Assembly (NCBI GenBank): GCA_027001995.1
Contig: JALTLO010000187.1
Span: 1-32,145 of the forward strand
DNA: 32,145 nt
Direction: 5' to 3'
From: Planctomycetota bacterium
Lineage (GTDB): Bacteria; Planctomycetota; GCA-002687715; DRQF01
Shown here: piece after piece, positions 1 through 9,964 of the stretch
Layout: each line of letters opens with the position of its first letter
Position numbering within the stretch: the stretch's first letter is position 1
The notes under the pieces: model-generated
The model's input: the letters and a program-made list of their open reading frames with translations, nothing else
Databases searched by the model: none
Told to the model about the DNA's origin: nothing
Position numbers and translations under genes: made by a program

Positions 1-327
1 TGCATGTACAATGCCGAGAGAAATCACCAGGGGATCGGCAACGAACTTATCGATGCCAAAGAGATGCCCAAAGAGGGCAAGATCGTCCGTGAAAAACGAC
101 TCGGCGGTCTCTTATCCTTCTATCGTTGCGCTACCTGAAACCACTTTCGTCGACGCAATTCTGGACCGTCTTGCGCCCAAGGTCCATCCAAAATAGGAAC
201 GTTGACGAGTTCCGTGCCAGTCACCGAAGCCTTGTCGGCGCAAGCCGAAAAGCCGAGTCGGCCTATCTCCGTCCGCTGACGTTCGCCTGGCCGCAGATTG
301 ACGTCGGCTGACTTTTTGCACGCTACG
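1..327 (+). mobile_element. 3' part and right end of a defective integrase-core (DDE) IS; second copy of 3543-4790, cut by the window edge
   Basis: 1-326 matches 4464-4789 with 3 substitutions. It encodes the transposase tail (YNAERNHQGIGNELI...RLGGLLSFY). Terminal IR tcggctgactttttgcacgctacg at 304-327. Confidence 0.9.
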
Positions 328-509
328 AGCTCCCCGAGTTGGACTCTGTTCCTAAAAGTTTTCGAGACTCGAAAGCAGAGAGCGATATGGTTGCCACTAT
401 CAAACCGGTTGTCTTGCCAGCCATCATCGAATTTCGCGAGGCTAAAACACGGTCTAATTCACCGGATTAGATAAGCAGGAGGCGCAGACCCAATCGTCCG
501 CAACGATGT

Positions 510-2756
510 TTAGTCCTCGATCACAACACGATCTGTCAGCTCAACATCAAAAATGCGGTTTTGCGACTTGAATACGGTATCGTCTGCCGTCTCAGGCACC
601 CACACATTTCTTTCTGTGCCAGCCTCAACGCGGCTCGCCAGCAATTCGCGTCCATTTCGAATTAGATGTACTCCGACAGCTCTCCCTGTTCGATTTACTA
701 CTTTGTGCCATCTTCCAGTCCCTCCAGTCTCAATGTGGCCGTGCTTTCTCTCAATCCAATCTCGAAACACCTTTCTCCGGCCTTTTATCTCCCAGATGGT
801 GCCGGAGAGTTCAACCTCTTTCGGAGCATACAACACAGCGGGCGCACGGTCGTTCGTGATCAATCGCACCATCTCCGCCTTGGCATCTTGAACAGCTTGC
901 AACTCGACATAGAGATTCTCGCCCATTCGCGGAGTTACGTCGATTGCGATCGTACAGATCGATCCAAGGGGGAATTCAACATTCCATCCTTCATCTTGAG
1001 TCCTCTCGATGAGGCCCAAGAGATGGACCATCCTCTGCCCTAACTGGCGGAACTTGACGACGATGGTCGTGTTGACGAGCGGCGGCAGTTCGAAGCGACC
1101 ATCTTCATCAATCTTCTCCGAATGCGTCCAGAATTCCACAAACTGCGGGCGTAAGTCGCTTGGTATGGACCGCCAATTCCGAATGGAAACCTTGCGCTTC
1201 TCATGACGTTGCAACGACTCAACAAAGATCGACTTCGCTTGTCCATTGTTCAGATGAAATCGGCGTACATATTCAACGGCGTCGTCCTTGTTTACTAAGC
1301 GCAACTCGTAGTCGCCACTTCGCAAGCCCTCAAATTCGACTTCGGCCGCGAGAGGACCGGTACGAGCACACTTGGCTCCATTTTTTTGGAACTTGAGAAG
1401 CTGAATCGAGAGTTTGCGTTCTACAGGATCCAGTCCACTATTCACAGTGACTACTCGCAGAGAAGAACCAACTGGCATCGTTTCAATCAGGACTTCTGGT
1501 GGAAGTTGTCCCTTGTGAAGAACAAATCCATATGTATCGCGAGATTCAATTTCAATTTTCCAATCTTCGCCATTCGGATGTCGGGAGGGCATCAAGAATC
1601 TACGACTTGCTCTCAAGGGTCCTAAGGACGCGGCGACGCCTTCGTTTACAACTAATGAGAGCCCGTCAAGGTTAGGCTTTTCCTTGTTCCAAGACTCAAC
1701 GCGAATCACCGAGTATGGCTCCGCTGCTACAAGTGAACTGTCAGTACCCAGGGCAGCCCTGGGTTGCAATGCAATCCGGTCAAACACAAGAGGTAGATAG
1801 AACTCGGCCTTCCCAATGTCCTTTGCCACAAACGCGAACCTTTGCATGGAGTCGAGAGGAATGAGGTTTCTCGATTCTCTTTGATCAATTGGCACCACAA
1901 TCTCTACATAATCTGCTAAAAACCACTCTGGAAAACCCAAAACTTTGAATCGGTGCCTCATGTAATCACGCAAGTCAAATACAATTGGCATGCCTTCATT
2001 TGGTTCATGCGGAATTGAAATGGATTCGATGACGCCGGCCGATCGGTGGCTCACAGCGACTGTCCATGCCCCATCTCTCATGATTCTCAATTCTGCATCG
2101 TGTTCTCCGGCGGTGCGAACCTCAATGAGAGTCCGATCGACAACAAAAGGCGGGTCAGCTCTTCTAAATGCAACAACAGAGATGTCGCCCAAAGCGCATG
2201 AGGACACGATTCGAACAAGCAATGGGAGTTCACCGACCAAGACAATTTGCCCAAGGTCCAACCCACGCGATTCTTCGACTCTTGCTTCTCGATTGATCGA
2301 CTGAAAACCGTCTACCTCAATTTGAATATTGAGTTCTCCATTTCCTGCTGGGAAATGAAATCGCTGGTCAATCGTCCCATCGGAGAAAAGCGATTGTAGC
2401 TTGGATTTTCCTCTCAATTCGACCCGACATCGAACTTCCAGTCCCAAAGGTATTGCTGCTCCGGATTTAGTCTCCAAACCAAAAGACACAACACTCGGGG
2501 AGGCGACAGGAGACTCTCGCCCCCCAATTGGCGCTCGGTCAATAGACGAACCAAAATCACGGTGCACCCGACTCTTGTTTGGGCCAGAAGCATCAGTGAC
2601 CTGATTTGTGACTTCGAGGTCAACGTCGTCGAATTCAGAATCCAAAAGGCGGACTGCCATTGCGACGAAAAGCAGGAGACCTGCTGTGACAAGAAATCCA
2701 AACATGGTGCCGGAATTAGGAGACATCTTCAACGGACTCTCTCTGAAACAACTCAC
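510..2756 (-). CDS. Large membrane-anchored hypothetical protein with carboxypeptidase-regulatory-like beta-sandwich segments
   Basis: 748-aa ORF with an N-terminal hydrophobic helix (FGFLVTAGLLLFVAMAV), a low-complexity linker and beta-rich motifs (FEGLRSGDYELRL, IDEDGRFELPPL). The start may be the ATG at 2726 or 2705. Confidence 0.75.
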   Translation of the reverse strand: MSCFRESPLKMSPNSGTMFGFLVTAGLLLFVAMAVRLLDSEFDDVDLEVTNQVTDASGPNKSRVHRDFGSSIDRAPIGGRESPVASPSVVSFGLETKSGAAIPLGLEVRCRVELRGKSKLQSLFSDGTIDQRFHFPAGNGELNIQIEVDGFQSINREARVEESRGLDLGQIVLVGELPLLVRIVSSCALGDISVVAFRRADPPFVVDRTLIEVRTAGEHDAELRIMRDGAWTVAVSHRSAGVIESISIPHEPNEGMPIVFDLRDYMRHRFKVLGFPEWFLADYVEIVVPIDQRESRNLIPLDSMQRFAFVAKDIGKAEFYLPLVFDRIALQPRAALGTDSSLVAAEPYSVIRVESWNKEKPNLDGLSLVVNEGVAASLGPLRASRRFLMPSRHPNGEDWKIEIESRDTYGFVLHKGQLPPEVLIETMPVGSSLRVVTVNSGLDPVERKLSIQLLKFQKNGAKCARTGPLAAEVEFEGLRSGDYELRLVNKDDAVEYVRRFHLNNGQAKSIFVESLQRHEKRKVSIRNWRSIPSDLRPQFVEFWTHSEKIDEDGRFELPPLVNTTIVVKFRQLGQRMVHLLGLIERTQDEGWNVEFPLGSICTIAIDVTPRMGENLYVELQAVQDAKAEMVRLITNDRAPAVLYAPKEVELSGTIWEIKGRRKVFRDWIERKHGHIETGGTGRWHKVVNRTGRAVGVHLIRNGRELLASRVEAGTERNVWVPETADDTVFKSQNRIFDVELTDRVVIED

Positions 2757-3062
2757 GGACCAATCTCAAGCAAGGTTAGTGATAGTGCCTTAAGTATCGA
2801 CATCTGGACACGGATCGCTTGAATTATAGGGCCGACGGCCATTCGGAGCACATCCGGTTCCTTTCGCATTGGGTTCCGCCCTTAATTTTGGCAACTCTTG
2901 AATATAGGGTCAGATGGGGGCGATTGGAGCCACAAATGGCTGAATTGCGCAGAACGGTACAGCCCAATAAGGCCCTCAGAACATTCGCGGAACCAACGCG
3001 CAACACTGATCCGTTTGCTTCCGGTCTTCGATGGAGAAACCGCTCAGCGGCTCGTTGATCCC

Positions 3063-3084
3063 GGGGGCACGAATTCGTGCTCCC
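3063..3084 (-). terminator. Hairpin downstream of the small secreted protein gene (terminator or stabilising stem-loop)
   Basis: Minus strand gggagcacg-aatt-cgtgccccc, 28 nt after the stop at 3113. No U-tract. Confidence 0.45.
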
Positions 3085-3112
3085 AGAACTACTCTCACTC
3101 TACAAGGGGGCG

Positions 3113-3457
3113 TCAGTATATCCAGCCGGAATGGAATGGCGCATTACTTTGGGTCCAACTCCATTTGTCTCGACCAGTGTCCCAACCGAGTTCGCCACTG
3201 TCGCCGGTATGGGAGGTCCAGCGGCCGGTTATCCCGCCAGGTAAAATAGCATACGTCCCAGAATCACCATTCGTGTTGGTCCAAGTGCCGCTATACGCCC
3301 CTGTCGTGTCATTTGACAATACAATAGTAAACGTCACGGTGGTTGTACCGCCGGTGTAACTGTTCGACTGGGTGAACGAACCGCTTAGTTGGGTCTGCGA
3401 GTACGCCGTGCCTCCAAGCAGTAACAACGCAATAGAGGCAAACATTAGATGTTTCAT
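3113..3457 (-). CDS. Small secreted Thr/Ser/Gly/Trp-rich beta protein (114 aa)
   Basis: Strong RBS (gaaggag) before the ATG at 3457. Signal peptide MKHLMFASIALLLLGGTAYS|Q. The longer ORF-track start at 3592 lies inside the IS. Confidence 0.85.
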   Translation of the reverse strand: MKHLMFASIALLLLGGTAYSQTQLSGSFTQSNSYTGGTTTVTFTIVLSNDTTGAYSGTWTNTNGDSGTYAILPGGITGRWTSHTGDSGELGWDTGRDKWSWTQSNAPFHSGWIY

Positions 3458-3542
3458 TGCAACTCCTTCGGCTCCCAAAGAAAATTCCGTCCCTGATTTG
3501 GTGGGAGCATGTCCCAAGTCATGGAGCGCAACATCAGGCCCC

Positions 3543-4790
3543 CGTAGGGTGCAAAAAGTCAGCCGAGCTGTAATCCCTTGTAGCAGAAACACTTTCGCCC
3601 TACCCTCAGCCCCCCCATGAAGAACGCGCTAACACCGCCCTCTCCTCCTCATCGCGGCCCTCGCTGGCTGGCTGAATCGAGAACAACAGAAGGTTTTCGA
3701 CTACCTCCGTAAAGAGAACCGAGTCCTCAAGGAACAACGCGGGACAAAAAAGATCCGTTTGACTGATACACAACGTCGTCGCCTCGCCGCCAAAGGCTGG
3801 GAAATAGGTCGTCGTTTGCTCGGTCAATACGCAACCATTGTCACGCCCGACACACTGCTGCCCTGGCATCGCAAACTGATCGCGCAGAAATGGGCGAACA
3901 AAGCCGGCAAAGGACGCCATAGCGTCATGAAGAAGATCGAGGATCTCGTCGTCCAAATGGCAAAGGACAATCCCAGCTGGGGCTAGGGATGTATCCAGGG
4001 GGCGCTCAAGAATCTTGGCCACGTCGTCGTGCACAACACCGTCAAACGCATCCTTCAGAATCATGGAATTGAGCCCGCGCCCGTGCGTGGAAGAAAGACC
4101 AGGTGGTCTCAGTTCTTGCGCAACCATTGGTCAACGCTCTCAGCCTCCGATTCTTTCACAACCGAAGTGTGGACGACTAAGGGGCTTGCCACCATCTACA
4201 CGATCTTTGTCATCAACATCGCAACTCAACCCATTCACATCGTTGGTTCGACAGGCCACCCGAACCGCATATTCATGAAACAAGCTGCCCTTGATCTTGG
4301 GGCCTTCGATGATGGATTTCTACGCGGAACGAGATTCCAGCAAGATCGCCAAATTGCAATCCTCACGTTGAAAGATTTGTGAAAACCATCAAAACGGAAT
4401 GCTTGACAAAGATGATTTTCTTCGGAAGGAGATCCCTCAACAAGGCCAACAGGAATTTCGTCATGCATGTACAATGCCGAGAGAAATCACCAGGGGATCG
4501 GCAACGAACTTATCGATGCCAAAGAGATGCCCAGAGAGGGCAAGATCGTCCGTGAAAAACGACTCGGCGGTCTCTTATCCTTCTATCGTTGCGCTACCTG
4601 AAACCACTTTCGTCGACGCAATTCTGGACCGTCTTGCGCCCGAGGTCCATCCAAAATAGGAACGTTGACGAGTTCCGTGCCAGTCACCGAAGCCTTGTCG
4701 GCGCAAGCCGAAAAGCCGAGTCGGCCTATCTCCGTCCGCTGACGTTCGCCTGGCAGCAGATTGACGTCGGCTGACTTTTTGCACGCTACA
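3543..4790 (+). mobile_element. Defective insertion sequence (~1.25 kb) with an integrase-core DDE transposase and 24-bp terminal inverted repeats
   Basis: IRL cgtagggtgcaaaaagtcagccga (3543-3566) vs IRR tcggctgactttttgcacgctaca (4767-4790), 22/24 complementary. No target-site duplication visible. Confidence 0.9.
3617..4601 (+). pseudogene. Integrase-core-domain transposase pseudogene
   Basis: Recognisable pieces: LAGWLNREQQKVFDYLRKENRVL, TPDTLLPWHRKLIA, NPSWG*GCIQGALKNLGH, ASDSFTTEV, PARSPNCNPHVERFVKTIKTECL. Lesions: frameshift near 3640, TAG at 3984-3986, deletion near 4337 removing the DRD segment, +1 G at 4469. Confidence 0.9.
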
Positions 4791-4811
4791 GTCACCATCT
4801 CCTCTGACTTG
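4791..4811 (-). repeat. 21-bp fragment of the ABC permease-like gene (copy of 11209-11229)
   Basis: gtcaccatctcctctgacttg vs gtcgccatctcctctgacttg, 20/21. The difference is synonymous (QVRGDGD). It abuts the IS right end. Confidence 0.7.
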
Positions 4812-4823
4812 GAAAGAGGCAAG

Positions 4824-5201
4824 CTATTTTCGTCGAAGCGCAAGAGACCCCAAGATATTGATGCACGCGAGCGCTCCCAACGAGCCACACAAAACGAGGC
4901 GTTCGGCGCTATCTATGTCCACCAATGGGCCGAAGCATCCACACGGCTCTTGCCAGAACAAAACGGTCCACAAGATGCCGCCAATGGAGAACAGCAAGAG
5001 CGTCAGTGACCCGAACAAGACCAATCCGCGAGCCAAAGCAACGATGACGACAAACTCGAGAATGAGCGAATACAATTGAAGCCTCGAATGCGATTGGAAT
5101 ATCGAGCCATCAACGATGGCAAGGATCTTACCGCAGAATGCAAATAGCAAAATGAGGATGGCGACAATCGTGGCTGGTGTTTTACGCTTATTCGGCTGCA
5201 A
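4824..5201 (-). CDS. MauE/DoxX-like small membrane protein
   Basis: 125 aa with about 4 hydrophobic segments and a PCGCFG motif. The TTG start with a gaggtg RBS overlaps the upstream gene end. Confidence 0.75.
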   Translation of the reverse strand: MQPNKRKTPATIVAILILLFAFCGKILAIVDGSIFQSHSRLQLYSLILEFVVIVALARGLVLFGSLTLLLFSIGGILWTVLFWQEPCGCFGPLVDIDSAERLVLCGSLGALACINILGSLALRRK

Positions 5202-6831
5202 GGAGTTTCACCTCGATAGCCTGAACGTTATTCGCGTCAGGAACATCATTGACTTCGACAGTCTCAAGGAAAGGAAAGAACCCGTCGGCCCGAACTTTGA
5301 TCTCGACAAGACCCACGGGGAGCCAGCGCTCCCTTTCTCTACTCGAGGTCCAGACCCCGGCTTCCCAGAGCCCTCCTTGTCTTAGGCCATAGCTCGCAAG
5401 GCCAAACGGATAAGATAGGTCGTGGACGAACCGGAAGACAACCCGGCGAAGCTCCACGGGAACCTTGAACTCACGTTCAGCGCGTTCGTTTTCTTTGACC
5501 CGGACCCCAAGAGGCTGGTACCTAAGGTTCTTCAAACATCCATTTCCTCGTACCCTGTAGCTGCCAACCGGCAAGACACAATCTCGGCCGAACGGGAATG
5601 GGATTTCAACCTTGTTGCCCTGCTTCCAAGTATACTGCAAATATAGACAGTTTGATCTTAGCTCCTTTCCGCTTGGCATGGTAACCTTCAGGTTGGCTAC
5701 TCCAAATCGGGGGTCCGAAATTGAGGCTGCGTCGAGAGTGCTTAAGGTCATCTGGCTCGGTGGCACCAAGGGTAGAGTAATTTCTCCGGTTCCGCCATCG
5801 CTCAGCAAGAAGTCGACTTTGCACGACGGCCTGTCATTTTGCGAACGTTCTCTTTGTAACCACACCATGACCGTGGCCCCGCTATGCTTCACCTTAAGAA
5901 GCTCTTTTGCGCCCATGAGCTCTGGCAGATGGGTGGACGAAGACGGATAGACGACGAATCCTGTCACGGAAGGGTCTGTTGCCAAGATAGTGGAATTCCT
6001 CGTCGCTGGTGCCTTGATAGCTGCCCCAAGAATCGGTGCCATCTCCAAGACATGGGACACTCCAGGGACCAAGATCGCGGGATTTCTACCGTGATTCACA
6101 CATACAAAATCTTGGGAAGACACTTTATAGCAATACGCGCCTTCAGGAACCCCGTCAATGAAACACTCACCATGTTCATCAGTCAATCCGGAAAAGATCG
6201 GCCTTTTTCCGATTGGATAGCGCAAATCTCCTGTCAAGTCGGAACCTTCAAACTCTCCACTATCCATGGTGAACTGAGACAAGTAGATTCTGACACCGGC
6301 AACCGGGAAACCGCGCAAGTCTCGGGCTTCAATTCTTGTGGGTCGAGCCTTCTTCAGAACCACATCCCATGGACCAAGTCCACGAAACGAAACGGTACGA
6401 CTCAGAAATCCTTTTGCATGGACAGCAACCATGAATCCCCTTTCGAGATCGATTCGAGGAAGCTTCAAATCGACCGTTGCTCGACCTGACGAATCAGTGA
6501 GAACACTGCCGTCTCCGGGGACGCGCTTAACGACTCTCGCCTTCGGATCCGGGAACATAACGAGGGCCCCCGGAACTGAATTCCCCCAATCGTCCACAAT
6601 TCGAATTTCACCCGTGAGAGCTTCTTGCAAGGGAGCCGAAGGGGCAAGAGCCGTTCTGGCTGGCACTCTAGCTGGAATCTCTGCAATCTCTGCTTCAAAA
6701 GGTGCTTGAAGGGCGTCCCCCCTCAGGCTCTCGGGCTCCCCCTCCTGCCCAAGAAAGCGGATGAGCACCCATCCTCCAAAACAAAGCCCAATGACGATCG
6801 AAAATATTCGGCCTGCTTGCTTCCAATCCAT
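5188..6831 (-). CDS. Membrane-anchored protein with carboxypeptidase-regulatory-like domains
   Basis: 547 aa, RBS ggagg, N-terminal TM helix. Motifs IRIVDDWGNSVPGALV...TDSSGRA and ARDLRGFPVAGVRI...TDEHGECFIDGVPEGAY. Confidence 0.85.
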   Translation of the reverse strand: MDWKQAGRIFSIVIGLCFGGWVLIRFLGQEGEPESLRGDALQAPFEAEIAEIPARVPARTALAPSAPLQEALTGEIRIVDDWGNSVPGALVMFPDPKARVVKRVPGDGSVLTDSSGRATVDLKLPRIDLERGFMVAVHAKGFLSRTVSFRGLGPWDVVLKKARPTRIEARDLRGFPVAGVRIYLSQFTMDSGEFEGSDLTGDLRYPIGKRPIFSGLTDEHGECFIDGVPEGAYCYKVSSQDFVCVNHGRNPAILVPGVSHVLEMAPILGAAIKAPATRNSTILATDPSVTGFVVYPSSSTHLPELMGAKELLKVKHSGATVMVWLQRERSQNDRPSCKVDFLLSDGGTGEITLPLVPPSQMTLSTLDAASISDPRFGVANLKVTMPSGKELRSNCLYLQYTWKQGNKVEIPFPFGRDCVLPVGSYRVRGNGCLKNLRYQPLGVRVKENERAEREFKVPVELRRVVFRFVHDLSYPFGLASYGLRQGGLWEAGVWTSSRERERWLPVGLVEIKVRADGFFPFLETVEVNDVPDANNVQAIEVKLLAAE

Positions 6832-7160
6832 TTAAGATCCTCCCCCTCGACGAAATCGCGATCACCATTCACTACGATAGACACGTTATGAACAATAGCA
6901 ACTGATCTGCCACACAGTTCCGGCAGGTTCTTTTCCAATGCACGATGTCAGACAAGATTGAGAATCACAATTGATAACTATAGCAGTGCCAACGACTTTC
7001 GCGCTCCCAGCACAAGGAAGGTCTTGCCCACATGGGCATGAGGCCGTTCCCTTGTCAAAAACGACTGCGAAGCAATCTTGGAAGTTCTTAAAACTCTAAG
7101 TTGTTGGCAATTGGAAAAATTCGGCATCATGCAGGGTACGCCAAACTGGGCAACGCGCGC

Positions 7161-7260
7161 TACGCCCGCACTAGCGGTTGGCTTGCCAAAGGATGCGGAG
7201 CTCATCGGTTTCTAAGTTGTAGCTGGCCAGTTTGTCTTTGTTCCCCAGGAGCAGGGTGCA
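7161..7260 (-). repeat. 100-bp orphan copy of the 3' end of the ABC permease-like gene (direct repeat of 10779-10878)
   Basis: 96/100 identical. It encodes CTLLLGNKDKLASYNLETDELRILWQANR* plus 10 bp of downstream sequence. Three of the 4 differences are synonymous. Confidence 0.95.
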
Positions 7261-7329
7261 ATAGCATTGGCGCCAAGCGTACGTTTCATTGCTCGAAATG
7301 GCGAAGCTGCTTCACGACTAGGCGAATAC

Positions 7330-9897
7330 CTAGTCAAAGTCGAGTGCGACTGTCTTGTTGCTCAGATCAACTGAAGCACGCAGTTGATAGCTCCCCTTCG
7401 AGCCCCTCCCCGTAGAAATAGTCGCCGCAAGTCTTCGAGGAAAAAGAAGTCCTAACTTCGTCTGCTCGGGGACTATCTTCGGTCTGATACGTTTTGCTTG
7501 ATGGTCTCGATCTTGAAAGACAGCCAAAATCGAGCCTCGATTCTCCGCCAACCACTGAGAAACGGCCGCACTCGTGGCAATGTCATAGTCGCCAGCCTCA
7601 GCACAATTGAATGCCTCGTCTTCCGGAGCAAAGTAGTAAGTCAAACCATGGTTCACACGAATCACGACCATGTCGTCTGTGGATAGTTCCAAGCGAGCGG
7701 ATTCAACTTCGCCTGGCTCTATCTTTAGGGAGAGTTCTTTTACCAAGTTCGCGGAGCTACAAACCGAAATGCCGACTTTTTGCGCCGCGCCAAGAAATTG
7801 AAAAGTCTTCAGCTCCTTTGGATCATCCAATGCTATCCGATCCGGGATGCTACTTGACAAACCTTCCCAAACAACGACCCATTCTCTGTCAACCAAGATG
7901 CGAATCTTCCCAACGACATTTGCTTTGGGAACCGTCAGATCAAAAGTCTCTCTGCTTCTGGCAGCAAAGTCGTCGTAAATCTTGACCGATCGCCAATAAC
8001 AATCGACTCGGTCAAACTGGGTGCGCCCAGCGATCTGAATCGTGTGACGATAGTAGTGTGGGACTTCCAGTTCGGCCACATGGTTGCGTTTAAATTGCGC
8101 GCCTACGCCGAATTCGGTTCCGAACTTGTTGCGCAAGCTGATGGAGAACCACGCGTCACGCGTCTTCGGTGAGAACTCGAATTCACTGTCCGCAACTCGA
8201 GACGTCTGTATTGACATAATTCGACCACTCGCTGGAACGATCGTGGCACTTGTAATATCTGAAGAATTGGGCCCCAAAAGTCGGCCTCGCAACTTCATGC
8301 TCTTAGTCAACTCGCATGGCTTCAAGATCATGTCTGAGGCAACTGTAAATCTCGCCTCATAGTCTAAGAACTTAGGCGAACGGACGAGCATGCGGTATGA
8401 ATAGGCACCAAGTAACAATCGAAAGTGCCCAGAGGCAGAGCAACGAACAGTAAGGTCTTTGTAGGTGTGCAGCTTGTTGATCTGAGAACGTTGATCTGCT
8501 AGGCCAACTTCGGCATAGGGAACGGGATTACCGTTTTCATCGAGAACTTCCCCAGATACAGAATAGATCCTGCCAAGGTCGATCGTACGCTCTTCTTGTT
8601 GCTCAACCGGGATATAGTTGCGACCGATCCTCAGTCCGAATTCGACTCCATCGATCTCGTCGGAAAGCGGCAGAATGATGGAAGAATCAAATTCTTCGGA
8701 CCGGAAAGACGCAATCTCAACCCGGACTGAGTTGGGAGACCTGATAGAGGCCACGAGGCTCCAACTCCCATGAACAGTGTCAATATTGGCTCGTTGGAGG
8801 ATCTTCCATTCGATTTCTTTGAACGACTGGAATCGAAGCTCAATCAACTCACTTTGTGCGAAATTACTTTGAAATTCTTCAATCAGACTAGGCGTATCAA
8901 TTGGCAACGCGGCGACAACTCTGTCCAATTCGTTACGAAGCGTAAAGGTCGCGCCAAAAACTCCTGGCACCCCTGTCAAAGTTGCCTTGCCATTGGTAAC
9001 TGGGGCTCGCCACAAGCTGGACTTCAGGTCTCCAATCGTCAATTCGAGTGTTCCACTCCTCGCCGGCTCTCCGTCTAAAATGATCTTGAATCGGGACTTC
9101 AGATCTTGACGTAGAAATAGAATGTGGGCCGTCTTGCCAGGAGGAATCCAAGAACTGTAGGACCCTTGAGCTGACTCGACTCTTAGGAAAGTTGACGAAT
9201 CGCGATTGCGAGAAACGACCAGTTTTCCTCCAAGAACAGGAACATCTCGAATGTCCGTGTTCTTGGCGAAGGAGGCTTCCAACCCTTGCCCTCTCCAACT
9301 TCCCTTACTGCGACGCAGCTGAATTCCGCGGTCCGCGCCATCGAAGCAATCCAGAATAGTCAGTTTGGCGAGACCAGAGAATAAATCACCAGTTGGTCCA
9401 AGAATTGTCAGGCTGAGGGGCGACTTCGTAAGCGACGGAAACTCAATTCTGTATTCTCGCTGATCAGCCTGCAGATTGAAGTCTACAGTCTGAACGTCTC
9501 CCGAATCCAATCTCGTCGCAACAATGGTCAGCTTCTCGTGAGACGCTATGACTCTAAAAAAACCACGCCCCAGTTGTTTGACAGGAACAGCGATTGAATC
9601 TTGAGGGCATTGAGCAAAGAGTTGAGAAGGCAACAGAGCACCATCGGCATTCGAGACTCTCACCACAATATCGAAAACCTGAACACGAGTGGCGATTGTC
9701 GGATTACGAGCAGAGGCTCCTGCAGTTCGTGACACAACACCGTCGTTGTGCTCTATATTCGATGAGTCGATGGCCCTGGCCCCATTCCCCAATTCTAACT
9801 CGACATCTGGTCCTTGCGTGAATTGCCAGAACAGCGCCAACATGATGGCCATAGCCAACATTGCAAGGCAGAACGATTGGATCGAAATATTCTTCAT
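7330..9897 (-). CDS. Large membrane-anchored protein with carboxypeptidase-regulatory-like domains
   Basis: 855 aa, N-terminal TM helix (FCLAMLAMAIMLALFW), motif VSGEVLDENGNPVPYAEV...SASGHFRL. Confidence 0.85.
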   Translation of the reverse strand: MKNISIQSFCLAMLAMAIMLALFWQFTQGPDVELELGNGARAIDSSNIEHNDGVVSRTAGASARNPTIATRVQVFDIVVRVSNADGALLPSQLFAQCPQDSIAVPVKQLGRGFFRVIASHEKLTIVATRLDSGDVQTVDFNLQADQREYRIEFPSLTKSPLSLTILGPTGDLFSGLAKLTILDCFDGADRGIQLRRSKGSWRGQGLEASFAKNTDIRDVPVLGGKLVVSRNRDSSTFLRVESAQGSYSSWIPPGKTAHILFLRQDLKSRFKIILDGEPARSGTLELTIGDLKSSLWRAPVTNGKATLTGVPGVFGATFTLRNELDRVVAALPIDTPSLIEEFQSNFAQSELIELRFQSFKEIEWKILQRANIDTVHGSWSLVASIRSPNSVRVEIASFRSEEFDSSIILPLSDEIDGVEFGLRIGRNYIPVEQQEERTIDLGRIYSVSGEVLDENGNPVPYAEVGLADQRSQINKLHTYKDLTVRCSASGHFRLLLGAYSYRMLVRSPKFLDYEARFTVASDMILKPCELTKSMKLRGRLLGPNSSDITSATIVPASGRIMSIQTSRVADSEFEFSPKTRDAWFSISLRNKFGTEFGVGAQFKRNHVAELEVPHYYRHTIQIAGRTQFDRVDCYWRSVKIYDDFAARSRETFDLTVPKANVVGKIRILVDREWVVVWEGLSSSIPDRIALDDPKELKTFQFLGAAQKVGISVCSSANLVKELSLKIEPGEVESARLELSTDDMVVIRVNHGLTYYFAPEDEAFNCAEAGDYDIATSAAVSQWLAENRGSILAVFQDRDHQAKRIRPKIVPEQTKLGLLFPRRLAATISTGRGSKGSYQLRASVDLSNKTVALDFD

Positions 9898-9910
9898 AGT
9901 GTTCTTGGAG

Positions 9911-9935
9911 GTGAAGGGCCTTTTCGGCCCTTCAC
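9911..9935 (-). terminator. Perfect 10-bp hairpin between the small secreted gene and the large anchored gene
   Basis: gtgaagggcc-ttttc-ggcccttcac. It lies 29 nt after the stop at 9965 and 13 nt before the ATG at 9897. No U-tract on the minus strand. Confidence 0.65.
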
Positions 9936-9964
9936 TCTGTCATGAATTTTTTCTTATAGAGTGC

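Noticed and set aside
327..470. Open plus-strand frame running from the IS end, a possible truncated gene tail
   Set aside because: Fewer than 50 codons with no recognisable motif, so it cannot be distinguished from chance.
3606..4127. 173-aa minus-strand ORF and other short ORFs inside the IS copies
   Set aside because: They are antisense or off-frame shadows of the transposase pseudogene.
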